This document shows, in pieces, positions 1 to 7,599 of a DNA stretch of 43,272 nucleotides. How positions within the stretch are numbered: position 1 is the stretch's first letter; each line of letters opens with the position of its first letter. This DNA is from a virus. Lineage: Duplodnaviria > Caudoviricetes. Where the stretch lies: IMG/VR virus record IMGVR_UViG_3300010362_000039, positions 1 to 43,272 of that record; one strand, 5' to 3'. The notes under the pieces were generated by a model, which worked only from the letters and a program-made list of their open reading frames with translations, was not told the origin of the DNA and made no database searches. The translations under genes and the position numbers were made by a program.

Positions 1-186
1 ACTTGTCGCAAACTTTACAGGAGATTGAAAACTTCGAAAAGTGCTTGTAAGTCTCTGACCTACTGGACGATATGGCTGTGGTTGACGTCCGGATTTGCTA
101 CGCTCTAGACTCCCGCCTCCTCGCTGCTCCTTGAAATTTCGATTCACTGTTGAGCGTTTTCTTTTTCCCAGAAAGAGGGCGCGCCG

Positions 187-441
187 ATGCTTCCGGAACT
201 CGTCGACCTTGAGAATTTTCGCCTCGAATGTGACTGGACGTACGAGCAACTCATCCATGAGATGCGACTCAAGCGTATCCGGTTGTCGTTGAGCACCCTT
301 TACTACCTCCTGAAGCGCCACGGGAACCCGACCGACCGGACGCTCCACAAAATCCGCCTCTACCTCCAGCGCACCAAAGCAGAACGGAAGCGGGCGCATC
401 GCAGCCGCGGCCTCGATCCCGAACCGGCGGTGCTCTCGTGA
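187..441 (+). CDS. Cro-like HTH transcriptional regulator
   Basis: Short basic protein with HTH-like segment (WTYEQLIHEM...LSLSTLYYLLK...PTDRTLHKI); first gene of the rightward operon. Confidence 0.6.
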   Translation: MLPELVDLENFRLECDWTYEQLIHEMRLKRIRLSLSTLYYLLKRHGNPTDRTLHKIRLYLQRTKAERKRAHRSRGLDPEPAVLS

Positions 442-692
442 AATCCGCTCATGCCCTGGCGGACGTCGAGACCCTCCCGCCGCGGTTACTCGACCGCGAG
501 GCGGCCGCGGCGTATCTCTCCGTCTCGGCCGCCACGCTCGATCGCTTGATTCAATCCGGCGCGCTCGCCGTCATTCGCCTGCCCGTCGAACGTGGGCGCA
601 CTGGCCTCGGCGTGCCGGGTCGCACACGGCGCATTCTTCTCGATGTGCGGGATCTCGACGCGTTAATCGAACGCAGTCGAGAACGATCGTGA
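438..692 (+). CDS. Excisionase-like HTH protein
   Basis: LLDREAAAAYLSVSAATLDRLIQSG...DLDALIE is typical of MerR/HTH_17 excisionases. Confidence 0.75.
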   Translation: MKSAHALADVETLPPRLLDREAAAAYLSVSAATLDRLIQSGALAVIRLPVERGRTGLGVPGRTRRILLDVRDLDALIERSRERS

Positions 693-886
693 GCCGGCGA
701 TGGTGGCCGATCCTCGTGGTCCTCTCCCGACGTGTACGGTGTTGGCGCCGTGGGCATCTGTGGATGCTCAAGATCGAAGCCCGCGACGAGTATCGGCATC
801 GGCCCTCGCGGCTGTTCCTCGAGTGCCGGCGCTGCCTCACCACGACGCCTGGCTGGACGGCCACACCCGCGCGCAAATTCTTCTGA
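689..886 (+). CDS. Hypothetical small Cys-containing protein
   Basis: GTGA overlap with upstream stop; CxxxGH...CxxC pattern. Confidence 0.5.
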   Translation: MSRRWWPILVVLSRRVRCWRRGHLWMLKIEARDEYRHRPSRLFLECRRCLTTTPGWTATPARKFF

Positions 887-896
887 CGAGGGCGCG

Positions 897-1097
897 ATGA
901 ACCGCGCGGACCGCCGGCGCGAGCAAGCCGAACTCGAGGTCGAATACGAGCGCCAGCAGCACGCCCGCCAGGAACGCCACGTCGCCCTGCCGGCGCCGGG
1001 CTCCCCCGAGTATTGCCCCGTCAACATGCGCGGGCATCGACACTTCTTCCACAAGAACCGCTGTATCTGGTGTGAGAAGCGAAGAGGGCAATCGTGA
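897..1097 (+). CDS. Hypothetical protein
   Basis: ATG 897 with GAGGG upstream; stop overlaps the next start. Confidence 0.55.
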   Translation: MNRADRRREQAELEVEYERQQHARQERHVALPAPGSPEYCPVNMRGHRHFFHKNRCIWCEKRRGQS

Positions 1098-1945
1098 CGC
1101 TCACGCCTGGCGTGTACCAGATTCCCGCGGCGCTCTATCACGCGGACCCGTGTCCCGAACCGTCGCTCTCGTGCTCCATCATCAAACTGATTTGTCTCGA
1201 ATCGCCCGCGCACGCCTGGGCGGCACACCCGCGCCTCAATCCGCAGTACGCCCCTGAGAACGGCGAGCACTTCGATATTGGAACGGCTGCGCACGCCGTA
1301 CTCCTCGAGGGCGAAGCCGCGGTCACGATCATTGATGCCCCGGACTGGCGCACGAATGCCGCGAAGGCCTCGCGCGAACTCGCCCGCATCGAGGGACGTG
1401 TGCCGCTCCTGGCCAAGACGTGGGCGGATGTGCAGGCGATGGTGAAGGCCACGCGCGCCCAACTCGATCGCCACAAGGACGGCGGCGCCGAGATGTTCAC
1501 CGCCGGCGAACCGGAACGCACGCTCATCTGGCAGGAGGACGGGATCTGGTGTCGCGCCCGTCTCGATTGGCTGCGCGCTGGCGCGATTGACGATTTCAAA
1601 ACCACGGGCGCGAGTGCGAACCCGGACGCCTGGACCCGGGCGATGTTCAACGCCGGCACCGATATTCAAGTTGCCTGGTATCTCCGCGGCCTCAAAGCGA
1701 TCTCGGGTGAGGACGTGACGTTCCGCTTCGCCGTGCAAGAAACCTATCCGCCGTACGTCCTGGCCGTCATCGGCCTCGGTCCTGATGCGTTGATGCTCGC
1801 CGAGAAAAAACTCCTTTACGCGCTCGAGGTGTGGCGGCGCTGTCTGAAGAAGCGCGACTGGTTCGGGTATCCGCGCCGCACCTGCTACGCGACCTTGCCG
1901 CCGTGGCACGAGGCCCAGTGGCTCGAGAAGGAGTTGACGCGATGA
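1094..1945 (+). CDS. RecE/exonuclease VIII-like PD-(D/E)XK nuclease (DUF3799-type)
   Basis: YHAD...SLS, GTAAHAVLLE, CRARLDWL, DDFKTT, QVAWYLRG, FAVQETYPPY motifs. Confidence 0.85.
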   Translation: MTLTPGVYQIPAALYHADPCPEPSLSCSIIKLICLESPAHAWAAHPRLNPQYAPENGEHFDIGTAAHAVLLEGEAAVTIIDAPDWRTNAAKASRELARIEGRVPLLAKTWADVQAMVKATRAQLDRHKDGGAEMFTAGEPERTLIWQEDGIWCRARLDWLRAGAIDDFKTTGASANPDAWTRAMFNAGTDIQVAWYLRGLKAISGEDVTFRFAVQETYPPYVLAVIGLGPDALMLAEKKLLYALEVWRRCLKKRDWFGYPRRTCYATLPPWHEAQWLEKELTR

Positions 1946-2169
1946 CCCGGAAGCCGCCGCTCACGCAACGCGATCTCGAGGCCGTGACGTGCGAGATGCC
2001 GGGCTGTGATCACACCGGGCACGATGGCGGGCTGATCCTCTCGGGCCGGTGTCATCCGGGCGCACCGATTCGGGCGCTCTATCGCGACGGGGTGCTCGTG
2101 GTGTCGTGTGCCGTCTGTCAGGGGTTCATCGTCAACATCGCCGTCGCGGCGGGGGCGGGGTGGCACTGA
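1942..2169 (+). CDS. Hypothetical Cys/His-rich protein
   Basis: ATGA overlap, AAGGAG upstream; CxxxxC...CH...CxxC. Confidence 0.55.
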   Translation: MTRKPPLTQRDLEAVTCEMPGCDHTGHDGGLILSGRCHPGAPIRALYRDGVLVVSCAVCQGFIVNIAVAAGAGWH

Positions 2170-2240
2170 TGGAGTTTGTTGCGGTTCTCGTCGCCATCGT
2201 CATCGGCTGGCTCGTGATTGCGCTCGTGCGCCGGAATTGA
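2169..2240 (+). CDS. Tiny single-TM peptide
   Basis: TGATG coupling; MEFVAVLVAIVIGWLVIALVRRN. Confidence 0.4.
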   Translation: MEFVAVLVAIVIGWLVIALVRRN

Positions 2241-2248
2241 GGGATTTG

Positions 2249-2485
2249 ATGAGAGTCACGCTCGACAACACCGACAAGATCGTGGAGCTGCAGCTCGCGC
2301 CGAATACGTTCGTCCTGGCGCGCGTGTGGGAAGGCCACACGGAGAACGGGATTCCCTGTCACGCGTACATCGTCCGCATTGCCGTGGACAAACAGGCGGA
2401 CGCCTCGGAGTTCGCACGCGATCTCGAAGAGATGCGACCGGCCACACCAGCGATCGCCGCACTGCCGGCGCGCCTGGTGATTTGA
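2249..2485 (+). CDS. Hypothetical protein
   Basis: ATG 2249 with GAGGGA upstream; normal composition (RVWEGHT motif). Confidence 0.6.
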   Translation: MRVTLDNTDKIVELQLAPNTFVLARVWEGHTENGIPCHAYIVRIAVDKQADASEFARDLEEMRPATPAIAALPARLVI

Positions 2486-2513
2486 ACAACCAAACCAAGG
2501 GGAGGGCGAGCAA

Positions 2514-3254
2514 ATGACCCGAAAGTCTCACGCTGACATTCCGCAACTGTGGACGAACTATCGCGTGCGCTGGCTGTTCCTGACAAAAATCTGCGCCTCA
2601 GTACCGGCCGACCCTGAACTCGTGAAGAAGTGGCTCGATGCACGAGCGCCCCGCGTGGCGCCGGCCGGCGCGTTATCGATCGAAGAAATCAACGAGGAAG
2701 TCCTGGCGAGTATCGAACGCGGTGAAGGGGACGCCGATCAGTCCTATTCGATGCTGGTCTTTCAACGCCACCAGGGCTCACTCGTGCAGCGAGCGGCCAC
2801 GGTGAAAGCGCACATCAAGGACTGTGCGCGGGTGCTCTCAGCGCAGTATGTCGGGCGGATTCAGGGCGAGCGCGCCTTCAGCACGCGCGTCATCAATGGC
2901 GTCTATACGGACGCGGCGGTGTATTGGTTGCCGATCACGCGCCCGGACGGCACCAACGTCGAACGCCCTGATGGCGAGTTCGATAAAGCCATCCACGTCA
3001 AAGGGCCACGCGGCACGATGAACGCGATCAAGCGGTTCGAGTACATCGAGCCGCCCTCGGTGCTCACGTTCACACTCAACGTCCTCGGGCGCTCTGTGTC
3101 CGAAACAGATCTCCACCATCTCTTCACCTATGGAGGCGTGCATGGCTACGCAGGCGAACGCGGCGACGGAGAAGGACGGTACGAGTACGAACTCGAACTC
3201 ATCACCGACCCGATCGCTGCTCCGGGACGACGCGCCGCAGTTGCGAACCGTTGA
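2514..3254 (+). CDS. Stand-alone RAMP (Cas7-like) RNA-binding protein
   Basis: N-terminal strand YRVRWLFLTKICAS; LVQRAATVKAHIKDCA resembles the RAMP 'ipgssiKG.lr' helix; FEYIEP..LTFTL; C-terminal glycine-rich loop YGGVHGYAGERGDGEGRY; AAGGGGAGG RBS. Confidence 0.75.
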   Translation: MTRKSHADIPQLWTNYRVRWLFLTKICASVPADPELVKKWLDARAPRVAPAGALSIEEINEEVLASIERGEGDADQSYSMLVFQRHQGSLVQRAATVKAHIKDCARVLSAQYVGRIQGERAFSTRVINGVYTDAAVYWLPITRPDGTNVERPDGEFDKAIHVKGPRGTMNAIKRFEYIEPPSVLTFTLNVLGRSVSETDLHHLFTYGGVHGYAGERGDGEGRYEYELELITDPIAAPGRRAAVANR

Positions 3255-3525
3255 GGCGATTCTGAAAAAGAACGAACAGATCCTCGATGGCCTCGAGCGC
3301 GGCTCCCTCACGCCGAAGATGGGCGAGCAGATGGGCCAGTGCATCAAGACGCCGCAGAACCTCGTGCGCCTCGAGATCGCGTATCACCGAATGATCAAGG
3401 ACTACGGTCGCACGGTGCCGGTACCGCGCTCGCCGCTCCTGCGCTCGATGATCCCGGGACTGAATCCGGACAAGGTCGAGCCCACGGACGGCGAGAAGGT
3501 CCGCGCGTTGATCGGTGAGAAGTGA
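3142..3525 (+). CDS. Small, probably helical protein; putative accessory subunit of the RAMP/array system
   Basis: GGAGG at 3132-3136 precedes ATG 3142; lies between the RAMP gene and the array. Confidence 0.6.
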   Translation: MATQANAATEKDGTSTNSNSSPTRSLLRDDAPQLRTVEAILKKNEQILDGLERGSLTPKMGEQMGQCIKTPQNLVRLEIAYHRMIKDYGRTVPVPRSPLLRSMIPGLNPDKVEPTDGEKVRALIGEK

Positions 3526-4271
3526 CGACGAGTCCTGTCGTGGCGTGCGCTGATTTGGCGTGAGTCGAAGCGTTCTGTTGTGACGTCGAGTAGTGATTTG
3601 CGGTGTGCCGTGTGCGCCATGTCGTGACGTCGAGGCGTGTCGTGATTCGTTGTGTTTTGGGCTGCACTGATCTGGCGTCGAGTGGTGGTGCGCAGTGATG
3701 TCGGGGTGACCTGAAGTGACGCCGAGTAGTGAAGTGTCGGGCCGTGCGATGTGATGTTCTGCCGCCGAGTAGTGTTGTGAAGTGCCGTGGTGAGACGTGA
3801 TCTGCCGTGAATTGGCGTGCCGTCGAGTGGTGAAGCGATCTGGCGTCGTGTGTTCTGCCCTGGCGTCGAGTCGTGTGGCGTAGTGAACCGCAGCGATCTG
3901 TCGTGCCGTCGAGTTTTGTCGTGAGCTGCACTGCACTGGCTTGTCGTGGCGTCGAGTGGTGTACCGGCCTGTCCTGTCGTGGTGTGACCTGACGGCGAGC
4001 AGTGGTCTGGGCCGTCGTGTTCGGGTGTGTGCTGTCGTGACGCCGAGACGTGCCGTCTAGTGGGCTGGGACGTCGTGGTGTGACGTGGCGCCGAGGCGTG
4101 TCGTGGTCCGTCGTGAAGAGACGCGAAGTGCTCTGTCGCCGAGGGGTGAAGGTGCGTTGTTCCGTCCTGTGGTGACCTGACGTCGAGTAGTGCTGCGCAA
4201 TGCGGTGACGTGAAGTGACCGTCGAGGCCTGTCGTCATCTGATTTGTTGTGTGCTGTCGCCGAGTAGTGAT
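3526..4271 (+). ncRNA. Pentamer-periodic guide-like array: 16 units of (NN-BTG)n separated by CGNCGAG
   Basis: 17 delimiters (GNCGAG at 3527, 3585, 3629, 3677, 3721, 3764, 3822, 3865, 3908, 3951, 3994, 4042, 4090, 4138, 4182, 4221, 4259); spacings 38/43/48/58 nt, four units +1 nt; no credible ORF. The repeat is seen directly; expression as RNA is inferred. Confidence 0.8.
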
Positions 4272-4273
4272 CC

Positions 4274-5257
4274 ATGCCTTTTGAATTTCGTCCGGCCATC
4301 CGTGAGAACGTCGGCCTCCTGATCGGCCTCTCGGGCGGGAGTGGCAGCGGGAAAACGTGGTCCGCGATGCTCCTGGCGAAAGGCATCAGTGGCGCGAAAC
4401 GGTTCTGCGTGCTCGACACCGAAGCCGGGAGAGCCCGCCACTACGCCGATCAATTCACCTTCGACCACGGCGATCTCGGTCCCCCGTTCACACCCGCCCG
4501 CTACAGCGAAGCGATCACCGCGGCGGACAAAGCGGGCTATGCCGCGATCGTCGTGGATAGCGCGAGCCACGAGTACGCCGGCGAAGGTGGCGTGCTCGAG
4601 ATGCAGGAGGCGGAACTCGAGCGCATGGCGAAGGGCGACGATCGCCGGCGCGAGACGATGAAGATGTCCAGTTGGATTCGCCCGAAGATGGAGCACAAGA
4701 AGTTCATTCAGAAGCTGCTCCAGATCCGCGCGCACCTGATTTTGTGCTTCCGGGCGGAACCCAAGGTCGAAGCCGTGAAGGACGAACACGGCAAATTGAT
4801 TTGGCGTGAGAAGCAATCGCTCGTCGGCCTGAATGGCTGGATCCCGGTCTGCGAGAAGAACATGCCGTACGAGCTGACCATCAGCTTCCTCCTGATGGCC
4901 GATCGCCCTGGTGTGCCGATTCCGATCAAGTTGCAGGAACAGCACAAAGCGATCTTCCCTCTTGACAAACCGATTACCGAGGAGTCCGGCCGTCTGCTCG
5001 CCGCCTGGGCGCACGGCGCATCGGAGCAACCGACGATGAATTTATCTGAAGCCACCACGAGCACTTGGCTGAAACGGATTGCCGAGGCCAAGACCCGCAA
5101 GGATCTCGAGACCATCAATGGCGAGATCGCTGCCGCGAAAGCGATGCTGTCGGCGCCACAAAAAACCACGCTCCGCAACGCCGTCAAACAGAAAAGCAAC
5201 ACGTTACCGCGCACGACAGCGGGCGGTGTGAAACAAAGCGACATTCGATGGTCGTGA
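4274..5257 (+). CDS. Sak4-like AAA ATPase / single-strand annealing protein
   Basis: Walker A GGSGSGKT, VLDTE, IVVDSASHE; located in the recombination module. Confidence 0.8.
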   Translation: MPFEFRPAIRENVGLLIGLSGGSGSGKTWSAMLLAKGISGAKRFCVLDTEAGRARHYADQFTFDHGDLGPPFTPARYSEAITAADKAGYAAIVVDSASHEYAGEGGVLEMQEAELERMAKGDDRRRETMKMSSWIRPKMEHKKFIQKLLQIRAHLILCFRAEPKVEAVKDEHGKLIWREKQSLVGLNGWIPVCEKNMPYELTISFLLMADRPGVPIPIKLQEQHKAIFPLDKPITEESGRLLAAWAHGASEQPTMNLSEATTSTWLKRIAEAKTRKDLETINGEIAAAKAMLSAPQKTTLRNAVKQKSNTLPRTTAGGVKQSDIRWS

Positions 5258-5263
5258 GGACTC

Positions 5264-5650
5264 GTGAACGCAAACGGGAATGGTGCCGATCCCAAACTTC
5301 TCGCCGAATGGTTCTGGACGGACCGGTGGATGGGCTCGCGCGGATTCATGTTGCCCCTCGAACCGCGGGGACTGTATCGGGAAATGTTGACGCAGGCCTG
5401 GCGACGGGCCACACGGATCGGCCGGCCCGAACTCCCGAACAGTCCCGAAGCCATCCGCCGCGTGACGGGTGCCACGATGCGCGAATGGCGCCGCTCCTGG
5501 CCTCGCGTGCGGAAGTTTTGGCGCGTCGATGGCAAGTGGCTCGTCAACGATACGCAACTCGAGGTGTATGCGGCCTGCAAGGCGAAGCACGACGTCCTAA
5601 CAAATCGCGGAATCAAAGCGGCGGCGGCGCGCTGGGGGAAAAATGCTTAA
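5264..5650 (+). CDS. Replication initiator N-terminal part (DUF1376/YdaU-like)
   Basis: WFWTDRW...LEPRGLYREMLTQAW...LP...GIKAAAARW pattern. Confidence 0.6.
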   Translation: MNANGNGADPKLLAEWFWTDRWMGSRGFMLPLEPRGLYREMLTQAWRRATRIGRPELPNSPEAIRRVTGATMREWRRSWPRVRKFWRVDGKWLVNDTQLEVYAACKAKHDVLTNRGIKAAAARWGKNA

Positions 5651-5975
5651 GCATGTGCTCAAGGTATGCCCTCCGGATCCGGATCCGGATCTACGTACGT
5701 ACCGTCGCAACTTGTACGTAATTAGTACGATTAGAACCTCGCGCTTCGCGCGATTGACGGCTTCAGAACAAAAGCAAAACCAAACGCCGCGACTGATTGC
5801 GAAGCTGACGCGGGAACTCCTACACGCCAAGGTCTACGACTCGTTCGTCGATCTCCTCGAGGACATCAAAGGCCGGTGCGCCCGGCTGCGCATCCGCTAC
5901 CAGCCACACGACATCACCGAGGCACTCCGGTTGATCGAATCGAATCGATCGCTCACGACGGAGCGCCTGCGATGA
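5643..5975 (+). CDS. Hypothetical protein; possibly the C-terminal part of the replication initiator
   Basis: Begins with a CPPDPDPD linker typical of the middle of DUF1376-type initiators. Confidence 0.45.
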   Translation: MLKHVLKVCPPDPDPDLRTYRRNLYVISTIRTSRFARLTASEQKQNQTPRLIAKLTRELLHAKVYDSFVDLLEDIKGRCARLRIRYQPHDITEALRLIESNRSLTTERLR

Positions 5976-6244
5976 GGAGATGGCTACGCGCCACGTCCGA
6001 TCGCTTGTGTGGTCTGTGCCACGGGCTGATCCACGAGGGCGAACCGGTGCTCCTCATCGACATCGGCCCCACGATCAAGCTCTATCGCTGCGAGCGATGT
6101 GCCGGGCCGGCACCGCCGGATCTCCCGCCGCTCGTGGCACCGGTCCCGATTCCGCGGACCGTCCTCACACGTTTTAGCCGCGGCATGTTGCCGCTCGATT
6201 GGAAAACACGCGGTGTCGGCCGCGAACCGGGCGAGGAGGGGTGA
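5972..6244 (+). CDS. Hypothetical zinc-binding protein
   Basis: ATGA overlap; CGLC...CERC. Confidence 0.55.
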   Translation: MRRWLRATSDRLCGLCHGLIHEGEPVLLIDIGPTIKLYRCERCAGPAPPDLPPLVAPVPIPRTVLTRFSRGMLPLDWKTRGVGREPGEEG

Positions 6245-6678
6245 TGTACGCCGCTACGACCAAGGTGCCGGTTGCCAAGACTCGGAGCGAGATCGAGCAG
6301 CTGCTCGAGCGCCACAAGGCGAAGCAGTACGGGACTGCCGTCGACTACGACCAGATGCGGGCACGGGTCCAGTTTCGTCTCCACGATCGGATTGTCCGGT
6401 TCATCATCGCGCTCCCGGACCGCAAGAAACTCGGCGAAGGCGTGCGGTTCGAACGCGAAGAACGGCAACGCTGGCGGGCACTCCTCCTCGTCATCAAGGC
6501 GAAACTCGAATCCGTCGAGAGCGCGATCGAGACGTTCGAGCACGCCTTCCTCAGTCAAATCGTGATGCCCGACGATCGGACCGTGGCGGAGATCGTGACG
6601 CCGCTCGTGGCGTTCGCCTACAAGGACGGGAAGATGCCCAAGGCGCTCGCGCCGGCACCTGAGGAGCCGAAGCGATGA
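6244..6678 (+). CDS. Conserved phage hypothetical protein
   Basis: GAGGAGG RBS; YAATTKV...EIEQLL...WRALLLVIKAKLESVE...FEHAFL pattern common in phages. Confidence 0.7.
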   Translation: MYAATTKVPVAKTRSEIEQLLERHKAKQYGTAVDYDQMRARVQFRLHDRIVRFIIALPDRKKLGEGVRFEREERQRWRALLLVIKAKLESVESAIETFEHAFLSQIVMPDDRTVAEIVTPLVAFAYKDGKMPKALAPAPEEPKR

Positions 6679-7004
6679 GCGACGAGCACACGTTCCTGAT
6701 GGACCTGATGCCAATGGCGGCGAAGAGCCAGGTGTTCATCGACGGCAAGGACATCAGCGGCCTCCTCGCGGGCGTGATGGTGTCCTCGCACGTCCACGGG
6801 ACCACGAATGTCAATCTCTTCGTGGCGGCCGGCCGGCGGGTGCAACTCAAAGCGATGCTGCCTGAAGCGTCGATCATCGTGAACACGCATATCAGCGATG
6901 ACGATCTCTCCGATGCGATCGCCCAGGTGCTCACCGCGTACGACGTCAAGAACGATGGTCTACATCAGGCGCTGTTCGGGCGGATTCGCTCGTTATTCAA
7001 ATGA
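6675..7004 (+). CDS. Hypothetical protein
   Basis: ATGA coupling, GAGGAG RBS. Confidence 0.6.
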   Translation: MSDEHTFLMDLMPMAAKSQVFIDGKDISGLLAGVMVSSHVHGTTNVNLFVAAGRRVQLKAMLPEASIIVNTHISDDDLSDAIAQVLTAYDVKNDGLHQALFGRIRSLFK

Positions 7005-7108
7005 CCCTGACGTTCACGATCACCGGAGCCGATGTGGTGTTTTTGTACGTCATGGGCGTGATCGTCGCCGCGATCGTGGCGAATGTTCGAGCGGAGCTGA
7101 CGCGGTGA
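7001..7108 (+). CDS. Small membrane peptide (35 aa, not in ORF track)
   Basis: MTLTFTITGADVVFLYVMGVIVAAIVANVRAELTR; overlaps the upstream stop and the downstream GTG. Confidence 0.45.
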   Translation: MTLTFTITGADVVFLYVMGVIVAAIVANVRAELTR

Positions 7109-7599
7109 CGCTGGCGTTCACGGTCTACGGCGTGCCGCAACCAAAGGGCAATCTCCGCGCATTCATGAAACGCGGGATGAAATTTCCGATCGTGACGGAC
7201 TCGAACCGCAACGCCCGATCGTGGTCGCAACTCGTCGCCGAAGGGGCGAACCGGGCAATCGGGGCACTGCCACGCCAGGACCGCGCGTTGATGTTCGCCA
7301 GCGCCATCCGCCTCTCGGTGGCGTTCTACCTCCCGCGGCCGAAGAAATATCAGAAGCGCGGCCTCGGCATCGCACACCTCACGGCACCCGACATCGACAA
7401 GTTAGTCCGCGCCATCCTCGATGCGTTGACTCAAGTCGCATGGGGGGACGATAGCCAAGTCGTGGAACTGCTCACCACGAAAGCGTATGCCGACGTCGAT
7501 GCACCTCCCCGCGCGGACATCCGCGTTGAGCGCACGACCGGCGCGCATCCGGTGGTCGTCCCTCCAGCGCCGCTCCCGCTATTGGAGTTGGTCCCGTGA
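7105..7599 (+). CDS. rusA: RusA-family Holliday junction resolvase
   Basis: FTVYGVPQPKG, FYLPRPK, PDIDKLVRAILDALT..WGDDSQVV. Confidence 0.85.
   Translation: MTLAFTVYGVPQPKGNLRAFMKRGMKFPIVTDSNRNARSWSQLVAEGANRAIGALPRQDRALMFASAIRLSVAFYLPRPKKYQKRGLGIAHLTAPDIDKLVRAILDALTQVAWGDDSQVVELLTTKAYADVDAPPRADIRVERTTGAHPVVVPPAPLPLLELVP

Noticed and set aside
1-60. Terminal direct repeat with the window end
   Set aside because: Only a weak ACTTGT(A/C)GCA similarity; no real terminal redundancy is visible
3533-3584. Contiguous (ungapped) reading of unit-1 NNs resembling GCCGATGC and AGAATTTT near 183-219
   Set aside because: Two separated 8-mers only; the gapped capsid match is much stronger
3202-4238. Three long minus-strand ORFs rich in His/Thr/Arg over the array
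   Set aside because: By-product of the 5-nt periodic repeat: open in several frames, low complexity and antisense to the operon
4227-4258. Self-targets for units 16, 3, 10 and 15 (protease DEKMIDK, WPKRI, IITDEF etc.)
   Set aside because: Short units with 9-11 matching positions and competing alternatives; not distinguishable from chance by hand
3526-4271. Canonical CRISPR array or simple microsatellite
   Set aside because: No 23-47 bp identical repeats with unique spacers. The NN positions are highly variable while triplets and delimiters are conserved, which does not fit slippage repeats
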